Source of the DNA: Camelus dromedarius
Lineage: Eukaryota
Assembly: GCF_036321535.1 (NCBI RefSeq)
Contig: NC_087436.1
Coordinates: 33,668,001 to 33,732,000, forward strand
DNA: 64,000 nt
Direction of reading: 5' to 3'
The position numbers and the translations under genes are program-made. Shown one piece after another: positions 39,967 to 53,704 of this stretch. Each line of letters begins with the position of its first letter. The stretch's first letter is position 1. Under the pieces are notes generated by a model. That model did not search any database. It was not told the origin of the DNA and saw only the letters and a program-made list of their open reading frames with translations.

Positions 39967-42712
39967 GAAGATGGCAGAGTAGTAGGACTAGGAGCTCGCC
40001 TCTCCTTGCAACTACAACAAAACCACAACTGACTGCTAAAAAATCATTGAAAAAGACTGGAACCCAGCAAAAAAGATCTTCAACTGGAAACATAAAGAGG
40101 GAAACACACTGGGATAGTAGGAGGGGCATGCTCATGATATAATTGGGCCCCATACTCTGGGGTGGGTGACCCACAAACTGAAGAATCATTAAGTGAAGAA
40201 TAATTAAGTCACAGAAACTCTCCAACAGGAGTCAGAGTTCTAAGCCCCACGTCATGCTCCTCAGCCCAGGGTTCTGGCATTGGAAGGAGGAGACCCAGGA
40301 CATCTGGTTTTGAGGGTCAGCAGGGCTTGGCTCCAGGAGCCCCACTGGACTGGGGGGAACAGAGACTTCATTCTCTTGGGAAGTATACACAGAATCTTGT
40401 GGTTCAGGTCCAAGGGCAGAGGCAGTGATTTCATAGGAATCTGTGCCAACCTACTTGTTGGTTTTGGGAAGTATCCTAGGGATGCAGGGGATGGCTGCAG
40501 GTCACCCAGAGGACACAAAAGCTGGTGGCAGACATTCCAGGAGTGTTCCTCTACATGAGCTTTCCTAGAGGCTGACATCTTGATTGGATCATTAGCACCA
40601 AGACCCAGCCCCACCCAACAGCCTGTAAGGAAGCCTCAGGCCAAACAACATATTGGATGGGAATACAGCCCCACCCATCAACAGACCTCCTGAGCCACAA
40701 ATGCCTCTAGACACAGCCCTACCCACCAGAGGTCCAGGACCAAGCTGCACCCAGCAAAAGGCAGGTGCCAACTCCTCCTGCCAGGAAATCTGCATAAGTC
40801 TGTAGTCTAGCTTCACCCACCAGGAGGCAGATACCAGAAATAAGAAAACAACAATCCCAAAACCTGTGGAAGGAATCCACAAACACAGGCCAGACTCTAC
40901 ACTGGGACCAGCTGGACCCTGGCCCTTGGGTGACAAGAGAGGAGTGTACTGCTGGGACACATAGGACATCCCCCCCAGAGGGCCACTTCTCAAGGTCAAG
41001 AAACATAACTAACCTACCTAAAAATACAAATAGAAAGACAGACAATATGAGGCAGCAGAGGAATATCTCCCAGACCAAGGACAAGATAAAATCCCAGAAG
41101 AAGGAAGTGATGAGGAGATAGGCAATTTATCTGAGAAGAGTTTAAAGAAATGATGGCGAAGATGTTCCCGAAAACCCAAGAGGAGTACAGATGCACAGAG
41201 CAAAGTTTTTAGCAAAGAGTTGGGAAATATAAAGAATATCCAAACAGAGTTGAAGAATAAAATCACTGAAGTAATAGACTAGAAGGAACCAAGAATAGAT
41301 TAAATGAGGCAGGAGAATGGATCAGTGAGCTAGAAGACAGATTAGTGGAAATGACTACTATAGAACAGAAAAAGAAAAAGAATGAAAAGAAATGAGGACG
41401 GTTTAAGAGAACTCTGGGACATGAAGCACAATAATACCACAAGGGTCCCAGAAAGAGAAGAGAGAGGATCTGAGAAAAATTTTGGAGAGATAATAACCTA
41501 AAACTTCCCCAACTTTGGAAAGGAAACAGTCACCCAAGTCCAAGAAGCACAGAAGAGTACCAACAGAATCAACCCAAAGAGGAACACACCAAGGCAAAGA
41601 GTAATCAAATTGACAATTAAGGATAAGGAGAAAATATTAAAATCAGCAAAAGAAAAGCAACAAATAACATGCAAAGGAATTCCCATAAGGTTATCAGCTG
41701 ATTTTTCAGCAAAAACTTTACAGGCCAGAAGGGAGTGACATAATATATTTAAAGTGATGAAAGAGGAAAACTTACAACCAAGAATACTCTATCCAGCAAA
41801 GCTCTCAGACTTGGTGAAATCAAAAGCTTCAGATAAACAAAAGCTAAAAGATTTCAGCACCACCAAACCAGCTTTACAGCAAATGTTAAAGGACCTTATC
41901 TAGTCATCAAACCATAAGAAAATAGAACAAAAAGAAGAATGTGAAAAAAATAAAAGACCTACAAAAGATTGCTTTGGCAGTTCAGAGTCTTTTATGGTTC
42001 CATATATATTTTGGAATTGTTTGTTATAGTTCCGTGAAACATGTCGTGAGTATTTTCACAAGTGTTTCATTGGACTTGTAGATTGCTTTGGGTAGTGCGG
42101 CCATTTTGATAATGTTGATTCTTCTAATCCAAGAGCACAAGATATCCTTCCACTTCTTTGTATCATCTTCCATTTCCTTCAATGTTTTATGGTTTTCAGG
42201 ATATAGGTAACCTCCTTGGTTAAGTTTATTTCTAGGTATTTTGTTGTTTTTGATGCAATGTAAATTTTTATGCCAGTTATAAAATTCTGGTTTTTGAAGT
42301 GAAAAAAAGGAAAGTGAATGAAGGGCTGCAAATGCCAAGGTATCCTTTTTTGTGGGTGAGTTGTGTTCCATTGTATATATATGCTGCATCTTCTTTATCC
42401 ATTAATCTGTTGATGTATACTTGGGATGTTTCCATATCTTGGCAATTATAAATAATGTTGCTGTTAATAGCAGGGTGTATATATCTTTTTTAATTAATTT
42501 TTATTTTGTAGTTGGTTTTATCCCTTTGATCACTATAAGTTTAAAAAGCCAAAGCTCTAAATATTCTTAGAAACAATGAACAGTAATAAATGTAAATTTT
42601 AAAAATATGTGCAGTATGTTGTATATATGTATTTACATGCAATGTATTGTATATGTGCAGTCAAATTATAACAACTGTACCTAATAAAACTGAAAAATGA
42701 AAAGGAAAAGAA
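39967..42712 (+). mobile_element. Half-L1/HAL1-like element: 5'UTR + ORF1 + composite 3' region of inverted ORF2 fragments + poly(A), perfect TSD
   Basis: TSD AAGAATATGGTTTCA at 39952-39966 and 42713-42727. Starts GAAGATGGC. ORF1 41047-41903. Antisense ORF2 pieces at ~41967-42265 and ~42323-42490. AATAAA 42683-42688 then A-rich tail. Confidence 0.9.
41047..41903 (+). pseudogene. Disrupted L1 ORF1p
   Basis: MRQQRNISQTK..., NFPNFGKETVTQVQEAQ, RINPKRNTPR, KEKILKSAKEKQQITCKGIPIRLSADFSAKTLQARRE, LQPRILYPAKLS, ending TAG 41901-41903. Frameshifts present. Confidence 0.92.
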
Positions 42713-43354
42713 AAGAATATGGTTTCACTTACTTCCATTGGTGATATCCATACAATTGATGAAAGGAGAGTTTATAGGATATTGTGAGAAGTAAACAAAC
42801 AATGGTATTGTCAAATCTATGATCAGTGGCATCACATCTCTGCACAATTTATTCTACCAAAGACACTTTTAGCTACATATATAAATAGACTAAACACACT
42901 AGAAATACTGGATATTACATGGTTGACAAACACAGTTGTGGATGTGAAGCTGCTATTAATGGCTAAGGTATAAGGCATCTCCCATGTGGCACTTCAGATC
43001 CTTTCAGTCCACTCACCTCCAGGGCCCCTTATTTTCCTGTATTTTTTCCTTTCAATGTAGATATGCTCTAATGACTCTTCTTCTAGTTTAGTAACCCTGT
43101 CCTCTGCTAAATCCAATCTGTTAAACTCACTCTCTGAGTTCGTAATTTCAGGTCTTACCTATTTTAGTCCTAGAACATCTACTGGATTATTTTATGCATT
43201 ATTATTCTGTTAAATGACTTCATCTTTTCATCTGGTTTGTCCATTTCTATTTTCTTAAACCTATTGTTATTACATTTTTAAAATCCTTATGTACTAATGA
43301 TAATATATGAATCAGTTGCAAATGCAAAGTTAAAGAATGTTAGAATGTGAACAT

Positions 43355-43525
43355 GTTCTGAGAACAAATTAGTGGTTACCAGTGAGAGAGTGAAGAGGGG
43401 AGGGGAAATATAGGTGTAGAGGAAAAAAGGGGTTATTATGGGATTAAATGAAATCTTGTGTGTAAAACTTTTGAAAATTCTAAAGCACTACGTAATTTAA
43501 AGAATCGTTGATTTGATCAAAAATT
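43355..43525 (+). mobile_element. Short L1 3' end
   Basis: GAGAACAAATTAGTGGTTACCAGTG...GAAATCTTGTGTGTAAAACTTTTGAAAATT... Confidence 0.75.
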
Positions 43526-46019
43526 AATTAATCAGAGGAAGAGTGGTGTTGGGAAAAAACTGTGGCTGAGCTAAAGCTCCACAATGGAATGACAGTCTCC
43601 TATTCATGTAACATTAGGAAACAGGGGCAAATGTTCACTAAACTAACTTTCTAACAAAGTGAGAGCTTTCTAGTTCCAATTGCAATTAACCAAAGTAAAG
43701 TTAACTCAAAGTAAGGAATTACTAATTCAAATGATAATTACCAAAATGAAATGCTTAAATTGAAAATTCCTGATATTATAGAATAATCTAAATATGATAA
43801 ATAAAATAAAACAGATTTTCTTAAATTAAATGCATTTTCATTTTTAAAAAAGTGTTACAAATAAAGCCACTTGGATTCAAAGAATCATTAAATGAATGTA
43901 TAATCCCAGCATTACAATCATTGAGTGGCATTTGCTGTCTAACAAAAAGCATTTTGATGTGTATGTGTAACTTACAGCCTGTATAAATGTCCATATATTG
44001 GTCAGAGGAAATTGAAAAGTCAGCCTCTAGCCGTAAGAAAGAACTTATTTTCAACATTTGAGATCTGCTCTTCAGATTGCCAGTGTTCATATTCTTAAAT
44101 ATATTCCAATGAAATTTTTTTTTTCAAATTTATCCTTTCACCCTAAACATGTTTTACATGATCATTTTCTTGTTCCTACCTGCATTCCCTGTTCAGATCA
44201 TGATGTTGATATTTTCATATATATTTCTTTCTAAACCTAATCCTCTTCTTAAGTTTCTAACTTAATCAGTGCCACTAGCACCTTCTCAAAATACTGTGTG
44301 CAACATTTTGGAGTGAATTCCAACTATTCCTTTTGAGCAAAGCCTACAACTATTGAGTCTCATTGATTTCATAACATATATCTAATTCTTTGTACTTTAT
44401 CTACCATTAACCATATTGAGATCTCCTTTTACTTACAGTTGGAAATTGACATAATCTACTTTGTTTTCCCTACCTTTAATTTTACTTTCATTTTATTATA
44501 AACTGTGCATTTTTGAAAAATAAATCTCCTTAAAGTATAACGCTGATCATATCACCTCATTGTTCTGAAATGTTTTATGTTTTCTAGTTTCCTATGAAGG
44601 TTAAACTTCTAAAATAGCTATGATTTATGGGGCATTTACTTGGTTCTTAATTTAATTACATCTTCACAGCACCCTTCAGAGTACACTTCTTGATCTTTAA
44701 AAGGTGAGTAAATTGAAGCCTCGTGATGCTAATTTGCCCAACATCACAGTGTACAAATCAGGGGACTCCAGTTCTCAGCCTGGCCTGCGAGAGCACAGAG
44801 CTCTTTTCTCCTTTCCTCTCACTCTCACTCTCTGACGTAGTCTCCCTTCAGTTTCTCCTCACAACAGTACAGTGAGTTAGATATTATTGTTCAGATAGAT
44901 CAGATATATGACCCCCAAAAAGGAACCAGTTTGTTTCAACATAACAGAAAGAGAAGTGGCACAACTAGCATTAAAGCCTAATTGTTCTGCCTCAAAAACC
45001 TGCATCCCTTTCTGTCCATCTCTATGAATAGTATCTGTTCAAAATCTATCTCTAGGAATACTTTCTCTCCTTAATGTAATAGGGACTGCTAGAAAATCAA
45101 ATTTTTATCTATATCTGTAAATACCTTACTCTTTCCTGTCTTTTGAATGGGTTCTTTCATCATATTCCATAGGGCCAAATTCTATTCTTTAAAGCCAACT
45201 TCACATACCAAATTCTCCACAAAGGCTTCACTAATTCTGAAAATGGGGGGAAATGCTTTTCTCTAAACTTCCACACATCTCTATCTCTTTTAGAGTACCT
45301 GAGCCTTACTTTTCCTTTTTGCACTTACCCTATCTCCTGTACAGGATTATAAGTTCTTTGAAGGTAAGGTATTCTTATCTGTTTTAAAAATAGATATTAA
45401 TACAAATTTAGAACAGAGCATCTAGAAAATTCCAAAGAGACTGAGCTTTGTAGATTGTTGGATTTTAAAGTTTGCAGAATCAAGTACTAACAACTTCCAA
45501 TAAAATTTAGTTAACTAAATATATGTAAAATGAGTCCCTGAATTAGTAATATGCTCTTTTGAATGTGTCTGTAAAAGTTATCTCTCTCTTTGGGCTTTCT
45601 AATGCTTCATGCTTTATTCTCTGCCAAAGATAATAAGTGTTTTTGCTAAAACAACTGAATCATGTAAGATTCATAATAGGTGATAAGATACTTAACTGTA
45701 AATTTCTTTATAATATTGGAACATGTCAATATTTTTTATTGTAACTAAAATAATCCTGGACTTGAGGTGATAAGCAAGTAATGTCATAACCTGTTACAGT
45801 CTGGGGAATACCTGATTTGTGATAGGCCAGAAATAAAAGGAACCTGTAACCAACAGGGATACTACTTTAAGTTTTCATTAAAAACAGGTTTATAAATTTT
45901 TAAGTCTTTAAAATATTATTTTCAATATCACAATATATGATGAACACTAGCAAAAAGCAGAAAACCCAACAAAAGAGTACACTGCAGGAAGACACAGAAA
46001 CAATAGGCTAAAATTTTTG

Positions 46020-47810
46020 TACGGTGAAAGACACAACAGAGTGCAACCAGAAATCAGAAACAGAAATAGAGCTGCAAACTCCACAGATATCTGGAGATTA
46101 GAACAACACAATTTTTAATAACCTGTGAGTTTAAAAAGTCAAGAGAAATAAAAATATTTTGAAAATGAAAATAAAAATACAACATATCAAATACTCTGAG
46201 ACGCAGCAAAAGCAGTGATTAGAGGGAAATTTATATAATCAATTTTATAGATTAGAAAGAAGAAAAATCCAAGATCCCAAAACCTCAGCTTCCTCTAGGA
46301 AACTAAAGAATGAAGAACAAGTTTAGCTTAAAGCTAGCAGAAGATAAAATACAATTTAAAGCATACAAACAATTCTCCAGTGAAGACACACAAATGGCCA
46401 ATAGGCACATGAAAAAATGCTCCATATCACTAATTATCAGAGAAATGCAAGTCAAAACTACAATGAGGTGTCACCTCACACCAGTAAGAAGGGCCATCAT
46501 TCAAAAGTCCACAAACGATAAATGCTAGAGATGGTATGGAGAAAAGGGAATCCTCCTACACTATTGGTGGGAATGTAGTTTGGTGCAGCCATTATGGAAA
46601 ACAGTATGGAGATTTCTCAAAAGACTAAAAACAGACTTACCATATGATCCAGCAATCCCACTCCCAGGGACACATCTGGAGGGAACTGTAATTTGAAAAG
46701 ATACATGCACCCCAATGTTCATAGCAGCACTATATACAATAGCCAAGACATGGAAACAACCTAAATGTCCATCAACAGATGACTAGATGAAGATGTTGTG
46801 GTATATTTATACAATGAAATACTACTCGGCCATAAAAAATAATGCCATTTGCAGCAACACAGATGGACCTAGAGATCGTCATTCTAAGTGAAGTAAGCCA
46901 GAAAGAGAAGGAAAAATACCATATGATATCACTCATGTGTGGAATCTAAAAAAGAAAAAAGAGGACACTAATGAACTCATCTCCAAAACAGAAAAACATG
47001 CAGACATAGTAAACTATCTTATGGTTACCAGGGGAAAGGGGGTAGAAAGGGATAAATTTGAGAGTTTGAGATTTGCAAATGTTAACTATTATATATAAAA
47101 TCAATAAAAAATAACAGCTTTCTTCTGTATAGCACAGGGAACCAGATTCAATACCTTGTAATAACCTTTAATGATAAAGAATATGAAAATGAATGTATGT
47201 ATGTATATGCATGACTGGGTCATTGTGCTGTACACCAGAAACTGACACATTGTAACTGACTGTACTTCAATAAAAAATTTGCTTTAAAAGACAAAAAAAA
47301 AGTATACAACAATAAAATTGAAAAGAGGAATTCAACAGAAAAATGAAAAACCAAATACTGGTTCACAGAAAAGATCAATAAAATTAATAAACCTCTATCC
47401 AGGCTAATTAGGACTGAAAGAGATACAATTTATCACTATCAGAAATGAAACAGGGAGTCATCCTGACTGACCCAATGAATATTAAAAAGATAGCAAATGA
47501 ATATTCTAAACAACTCAGTGTCTACAAGTTCTATAGATGAAATGAACAGTTCATTGAAAGAAGCAAACTATCAAAATCATACAAGGAGAAGTAGATAATA
47601 TGAACAGGCCTGTGTATTTTTTTAGTCATTATCATACTTAATAATCTTCTAAACAAAGACAAAGCAACAGGTTTCACTGGTAATTTCTACCAAACATTTA
47701 AAGAAATTATACCAATTCTCTACAATCTGTTCCAGAAAATATAAACAGAGGGAACACTTCCTAACTCATTTTATAAGACCAGCATTACTAACACAGATAA
47801 AGATACAATG
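46020..47810 (+). mobile_element. Older L1 ORF2 fragment hosting a younger L1
   Basis: GCAGCAAAAGCAGTGATTAGAGGGAAATTTATA before the nested copy. GAAAAGATCAATAAAATTAATAAACCTCT...CTTCCTAACTCATTTTAT after it. Confidence 0.85.
46369..47298 (+). mobile_element. Comparatively young 5'-truncated LINE-1 nested in older L1
   Basis: Well-preserved peptide [39 protein letters not shown]. 3'UTR, AATAAA, A tail. Probable TSD AAAGCATACAA (46358-46368) / AAAGTATACAA (47299-47309). Confidence 0.95.
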
Positions 47811-50544
47811 AAACTCACTGACTCTTACTTTTAGCTCTTAGTTGAACATTTACCTAATAGTCACAAAATCAGTTAGAGTCTATATTTTTGGTGTGCCTCC
47901 AAATTATATAAATTTTATATTTGTGATAGCCTATGATATTATTAACAGAATGCTGTGGAGGTATTTTGCTGCAATATTTTCCATAATATTTTTATGCTAT
48001 TTCACCCGTAAAATTGCTGGGGGGTTTTGTTTTATTTTGTTTTGTTTTGTTTTTTAAGCAAATTGCAAATTCTTTGTCTGGTTCTAAATCTGGACATGAT
48101 AATTTGGAGTGCTAACAGAGAAAGTATAGAAATAAAAATATAACTAGTTAGACAAAAATACTGACTTAGAAAACTATTTCATCTTTTAGAGCAGGGTTAA
48201 AACACGTGAGTGCAAATAAAGACCAGATGTCAAACCAAAAAGTATCTAAAATCAGAAAAACAGGCAAAACCCTTAATAATCCATTAATTAACTCAGGATT
48301 TTGTGGTATTTTTGTTAGCAAAGATTTCCAAATAATGTCCACTTTGAGTCAAAGAAGAGAACTACGATAGTAATTGCTAACACCCCAAAATATACAGTAA
48401 ATTTTATAAAGAAAAATAAAAGATCCTATAAAATTATCTAATATATTTTAAGAGGATATATAACATACACTTTAAAACACAGTTTTGATATTTTCCAAGA
48501 ACTTCTTTAAAAAATACTCATAATAACATTTTAAGTTAAGAGCCAGGCAGTTTACTTTGTCAACATGCATTTCTTTTATCTTTCTATCCTTCATTTAACG
48601 TTGGAGGAGAGATGAACATTTTCTGCTCTCACCAGATGCATCACTGATTTTAGTGCTTCAGTTTCTGCCAAACAACATTAATGAAGTTTTCAAAACAATA
48701 TGAGTGCATTTTTAGTTACCTTTATAAGTTATGGCAGTGGAGTTCTGCTTTCAGTAAAACCCCTACCAAACCCAACCTTCAGTAGATAGTAACAACAGAC
48801 TTTGGAAAAATTGCAGAAACAAAACAGAACAAAATATATAAAGTCTCAAGTGTCAACCTTGTTGCTTGTTTGTTTTTTGTTTTTTTATGGATTTTAGCTT
48901 GAGGTCAGGTTGCCAAGGGTACTACACATGATGGCTCTAATGCCAGCACATCAGCCCTCTCTGAGGAGCAAAGAGCCAGAGACACAGTTTAGAACAGCCA
49001 TGGCCATCAATCTGATCAACTATAATATACCTTAATGGCAGAATAACATAAAAGAGCTTGAATTATATTAGTTCATTCATGACTCCCAATTCTGAATTCT
49101 GGAACTTCTGGGCTTAAAGATACTTGACATTATTACTACATTTCTTAATTTTTACAGATAAAACAAGTTAAAATGTATTGGAGCACAAGAATAGAAAAAA
49201 AAATCTAGAGGGACTACTCTCTTCGATTATGTCTCGTTTTTCCCAGGACTTTTGGCCACATGCTTTATGTAAGTTATGTGCCATACTCACAAGAACTCTG
49301 CCGAGCAGAAATTACTATTTTCAAATGGGAAAATTCTAAGGAGATAGGTAATTCATAGATTATTAATTTATCATAGCTAATATTTGAATCTAAGTCTATA
49401 TGAATCTAAATTTTTTTTTGTCTGTGGATTTAAAAAGCATTTGCTCCAGAAAAAATTTGCCCTCCATCTCTCGATCAATCTGGACCAGACCAGACTTAGT
49501 AGGGTAGGCTATTTTAGGATAGTCATTACCACCCCTCTAACTGTAGGATTTAGTTTCAGAAATGTATCATGTGCTTCCTGGAGTATTTCTATTCCCCTAA
49601 CATAGTAGGTGCTTACTCTGAATTTATGGAGGATGTACTATTAAAATTTCTCTTTTAAAATTTGTTATAGCTAATGTTTTTTCAGAAGGCCTGGGACACT
49701 TGACAATGTGCCAAACATATATTTTATATATCTTGTAATATAAAAGAAAGAAAAATGCTTAATAAATGCATTTCTATAGCATTACATTTATTATTGTTAA
49801 GATTTAAAAAAATTAATTTCCCAACATAAGCTAAATTTTGACTGTATTTAACATGCTTACTACCAATTCTTTCTTAAGCCAAATATGTCCCTTTTGGAGT
49901 GTAGTTGATAGTACTATTACACAACATGAAAGAGCCAGAAATTGCATTGATTTACTTTTATGTCACTATTTAATAAAATTTCTCAGTGCAGTGGTCATCT
50001 TCAGTAGCCTGGTACACTTATTTTCTCTCCTGTCTTTGAATTTTTAGAACTGATACCTGAGATATAAAATTTAATTTTGGCTTCTTCTATTATGTCTTCA
50101 CCACAAATACGATTACTGTCTAAGTATGTTAAGCAGATACCTCTAAGTCAAAAAGCATTTTTTTTTTCCACCAAGACAACTATTATTGGCTAATGAAAAC
50201 TATTGGAGTTTTGTGTAAAAAATTACATACGCTTAAATTGTCAATGTCAGCAATCCTTACTTTGAATTTTTCTAGATTTTTTTCAATATATCTATGTGTC
50301 TAAGAGTTTTGTAAATGTAAAAAAAATTGAAAATCATATAATGAGCAACATATTATACCAGAAACATTCTGTGGGGCAATATGTAATTTCACCTGGCAAA
50401 TGTACACACTATACTATTCCTAACTGAGAGCAGCTCTCTTCCCTTATTCTGACTGCTGTTAAGGGTCAATTTGATGGTTAAAAGAGCCCCTAAGTTGCAT
50501 TATCTGCCTTATTCCTTCTTTTAATATTGTAAAAAATAAACCTC

Positions 50545-50702
50545 AGAATAAGTTTTAGGGTATTTGTTTAAAATATTTGTTCTTAAATTCCAACCCAGAC
50601 CCACTGCACCAGAGTCTAAAGGAATGGGGCCTCAGAATCCGCATTTTAGAAAAGCCTCCTTGGGAGTTCTCATACACACTCGAGTGTAAAATCCATGTCT
50701 CT
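50545..50702. mobile_element. MER5-like hAT-Charlie MITE relic
   Basis: CCCAGACCCACTGCACCAGAGTCT...TGGGGCCTCAGAATCCGCATTTTAG...TTCTCATACACACT. Confidence 0.7.
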
Positions 50703-50859
50703 AAAATGTAACAATGTGTATTTCAGATCATTTCAATAGACTATAATAAATATTTTGAATTTCAGGCTGTGATGCACAAATAAATGGCATGGGAAGACAC
50801 ACTGGAAAAAACACGGACATTCTGATGGAGTTAGCATAGCCGCATGTATGTAAAATGTG

Positions 50860-51290
50860 GTACAGAAGCCCTAGTAAATACTGAGAGGTATGTTGCCTGG
50901 CTTGAAATAGGCAAGGAGATGGATCGTGAGAATCTTCCTAGAGGCTCATGCTGAACGGAGTTTTGGAGGATGACCAGCTATTAGTAAGGCAAGGTTAAAA
51001 AAGGGGAGTGGGAGGATTTTAATTAAATTGAAAAGCAGAACAAAACAAAAACCTGTGGTGTGAAACAGCATTCTGTAGTAAGGAAACCACAACCTGTGAA
51101 ATGTTAAGGCAAGAGTGGGTGAAGATAAGGCTGAAAGAGTAGATGAGATGATATATTCGAGAGTCTGCAGGCCATGGAACTTTATTTTGTTAATTTTAAT
51201 GCAGTATTGACTATCTCAAGGGGGGAAATTGGATAGATAACCTTAGCAATGATGTGTTGGGTGGATTTAGAGTGATTCAGGCCATGGGTT
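50860..51290 (-). mobile_element. L2 fragment
   Basis: CTTCCTAGAGG...TGCTGAACGGAGTTTTGGAGGATGA purine-rich L2-like body. Confidence 0.55.
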
Positions 51291-51297
51291 TTAGAGA

Positions 51298-51480
51298 ATA
51301 TTAATCAGGATCCTTTCAGTTGCAAGTTATACAAACCAAACTTGAAATAGTTAAAGCAAATGACTGGAATATTTTGGTCATCATAACCAAACTTAAGGAA
51401 AAGCAGAAATAGGGCAGGGCCCAGGGAAGAGAAATCTTAAGAGAATCTAATGTACCATTGCTGCTATTCTCTGCAACCTA
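51298..51480 (-). mobile_element. Old MaLR LTR fragment (MLT1J/K-like)
   Basis: TATTAATCAGGATCCTTTCAGTTGCAAGTTATACAAACCAAACTTGAAATAGTTAAAGCAAA. Confidence 0.55.
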
Positions 51481-52554
51481 CCTTTCACCCCTCTCACCAC
51501 AGACCTTCTTCCAAAAGGCTGGAAGCAAGGCTGGTAACAAGCTCTATCCCAAAGGCTCCCTAGCTTGGCCACCAGGGAAGAAATTTAAAAAGAATCTGAC
51601 TTGGGTCCCTGCCCACCCTGCAGGTTACTCACCCTGGAGTTCAAGGATTTAGTGTAATGTGACAGGTTCAGATGGGGTGAAATTCTCGTTTTTCATTTCT
51701 CAATCACTGAGTCCAGAAAAATGAGGTCATATAGGAAGATGGCAGCTCCCAATTGTTCCTAATTGAATGTCAAAGAGTGTAGGTAAGAGGAAAAAGGAGG
51801 AGCACATCCTTCAGCGGGGAGTGGCTGCTGTACCCACATTCTGGGTAGGTTCTGTATTAAAAACAACAACAAACGCTATTGACGTTTATAAAGCTTGCTG
51901 AGCATCTGAACCATGGCAGTGGTTGAAGCAGAAAAAATGTTACAAGATAAAATCAGTGAGACCTGAAAAATTACAGGTTGTGGGAGGTAGTTGGAAAATG
52001 AAGGAATGCCGTGTTTTTCTGACCTGAGTGACAGGTTAATATCAGTGACTTACAGAGTACTGAATTAAAGATATAAGATTAGTTCTAGGAAAGAAGTTGG
52101 AACATTTTACTTCTAGATATATATTTATAAGAGTAATCCTTGCACAGGTAAAATAGATAGCAATATTCCTAGAGGCTGATGCAGAGAGAAAGAAGTTCTT
52201 CTGTGTGGGAAGACATTTTTCACTATTTTACTACTTCAAAGTAAATCTTTGTTTCTTCTTGTTTTATTCTAGTTTGAATATTAGAAATAATATATGTAAA
52301 GCACCTATCTTGGGCCTTGCTATACAACCAATGCTTAATAAAAGACAGGCACTGTGAAATCATGGGGTATATGAAGATTAGAAAGTGACAGGAAGAAAAT
52401 GTACAGTGCTTTTTTTTTTTTCTAATTTGGGTAGATTGCTTTTTAATGTATTTTTAAAGAAAAATGAGAACATGTTAAATATAATGAAAAACTTAGACAA
52501 AGATAAAAAATGGTAAAATGCAGTAAAAGAAGGTAGAGAATATTCCATAGGATA

Positions 52555-52761
52555 GTTATTATGAATCTTTTACTGGAAAGGACCAGAAAGTAAATATTAT
52601 AGACTTTGTGAGCCATAAAGTTTCTACCACAACTACTAACTGGAGGAACACAGCCATGAACAGTAATAAATGAATGACTATAGTTTGACTGTGTCCTTAA
52701 ACTTTTAAGCACAGGAGGTAGAGAGCAGTATTGGACCAATGAGCAGTAGTTTGTTTACACT
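52555..52761 (+). mobile_element. MER58A-like hAT-Charlie MITE relic
   Basis: GAAAGGACCAGAAAGTAAATATTATAGACTTTGTGAGCCATA...ACAACTACT...CAGCCAT...GTAGTTTG collinear with MER58A as recalled. Confidence 0.8.
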
Positions 52762-53704
52762 AAAACATAAGATAAAGAGTGGCATGTACTCTTACATTTC
52801 ATGTAGATTTACAGACTAACTTGGAATTAAGCAAACTGCAAAGGCTTTAGTATATGGCGTTACTTAACTGTTGTTGTAGATATCATACAGCACGCTGGTC
52901 TGATGAACTGAGGACATGGTGGGTATTTTTATAATCTCTACAATATCACTATTCAAATGTATAGGTATCACTATTCCAATGTACAGGTATCATTATGGTA
53001 TCTAGTTTAAAGAATAGGAGAACATGAGGGTTTGAATGCTAAGTTAATGATGGGGTGTAAAATTCAGAATCTCTTATAAAAGACCTAGGCCAGGATTCTG
53101 TCTACCTATATCCACTCTGGTGGGAATGAAACAATGGGAATTTAGCATCATATATGCCCTTAATGCAAAAGTTATTTTAAATATAGATTTTACTATTTGG
53201 TTGTGCCCATGTAAAGTTTCTTTTAGGAAGAGTCTCTGTCATAAGAGTCTTTTAACAATGCTTTTGTGACTGATGTTCCATCAGAATTTCTACTGTGCCT
53301 CCCCGAATTGTCAAGAATTTCGGGTGGAAATTATCCTCAGTGGCTTACTTCAGGGAGACACTGAATCACATCTATGACATTACCACCACATGCTATGCTA
53401 AATGCTTTGCTCCACTGAAAATTTGCAAAGCATGTGTAGAAGATTGAGTTCTTCAATGTTCCTATCCAGATGAAGTCTTTATCAAATATGTATAGCTGCA
53501 AAGCTTCAGTAGGTAACCAGAAACATGGTAAGCCTACCTTGCTGAAAGAGAACTGAATGGAAATGGAAACCACAAGATGTGATTTGCCTGAGTCCGTTCA
53601 ACAGCTACTGCTTAACATCTGGAGCATTCAGTGATGTGATACTCTTTATACTTCTTTCTTGCCTTGTTGCTTTTTTTTTCTTTTATTTTCTTCACACAGA
53701 CACT

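Noticed and set aside
39947..41686. Cluster of overlapping ORFs of 60-135 aa
   Set aside because: All lie in the GC-richer L1 5'UTR or antisense to ORF1, where chance ORFs are expected.
53283..53330. Small hairpin CCCGAA...TTCGGG
   Set aside because: Stem is too short and imperfect, with no ncRNA box motifs.
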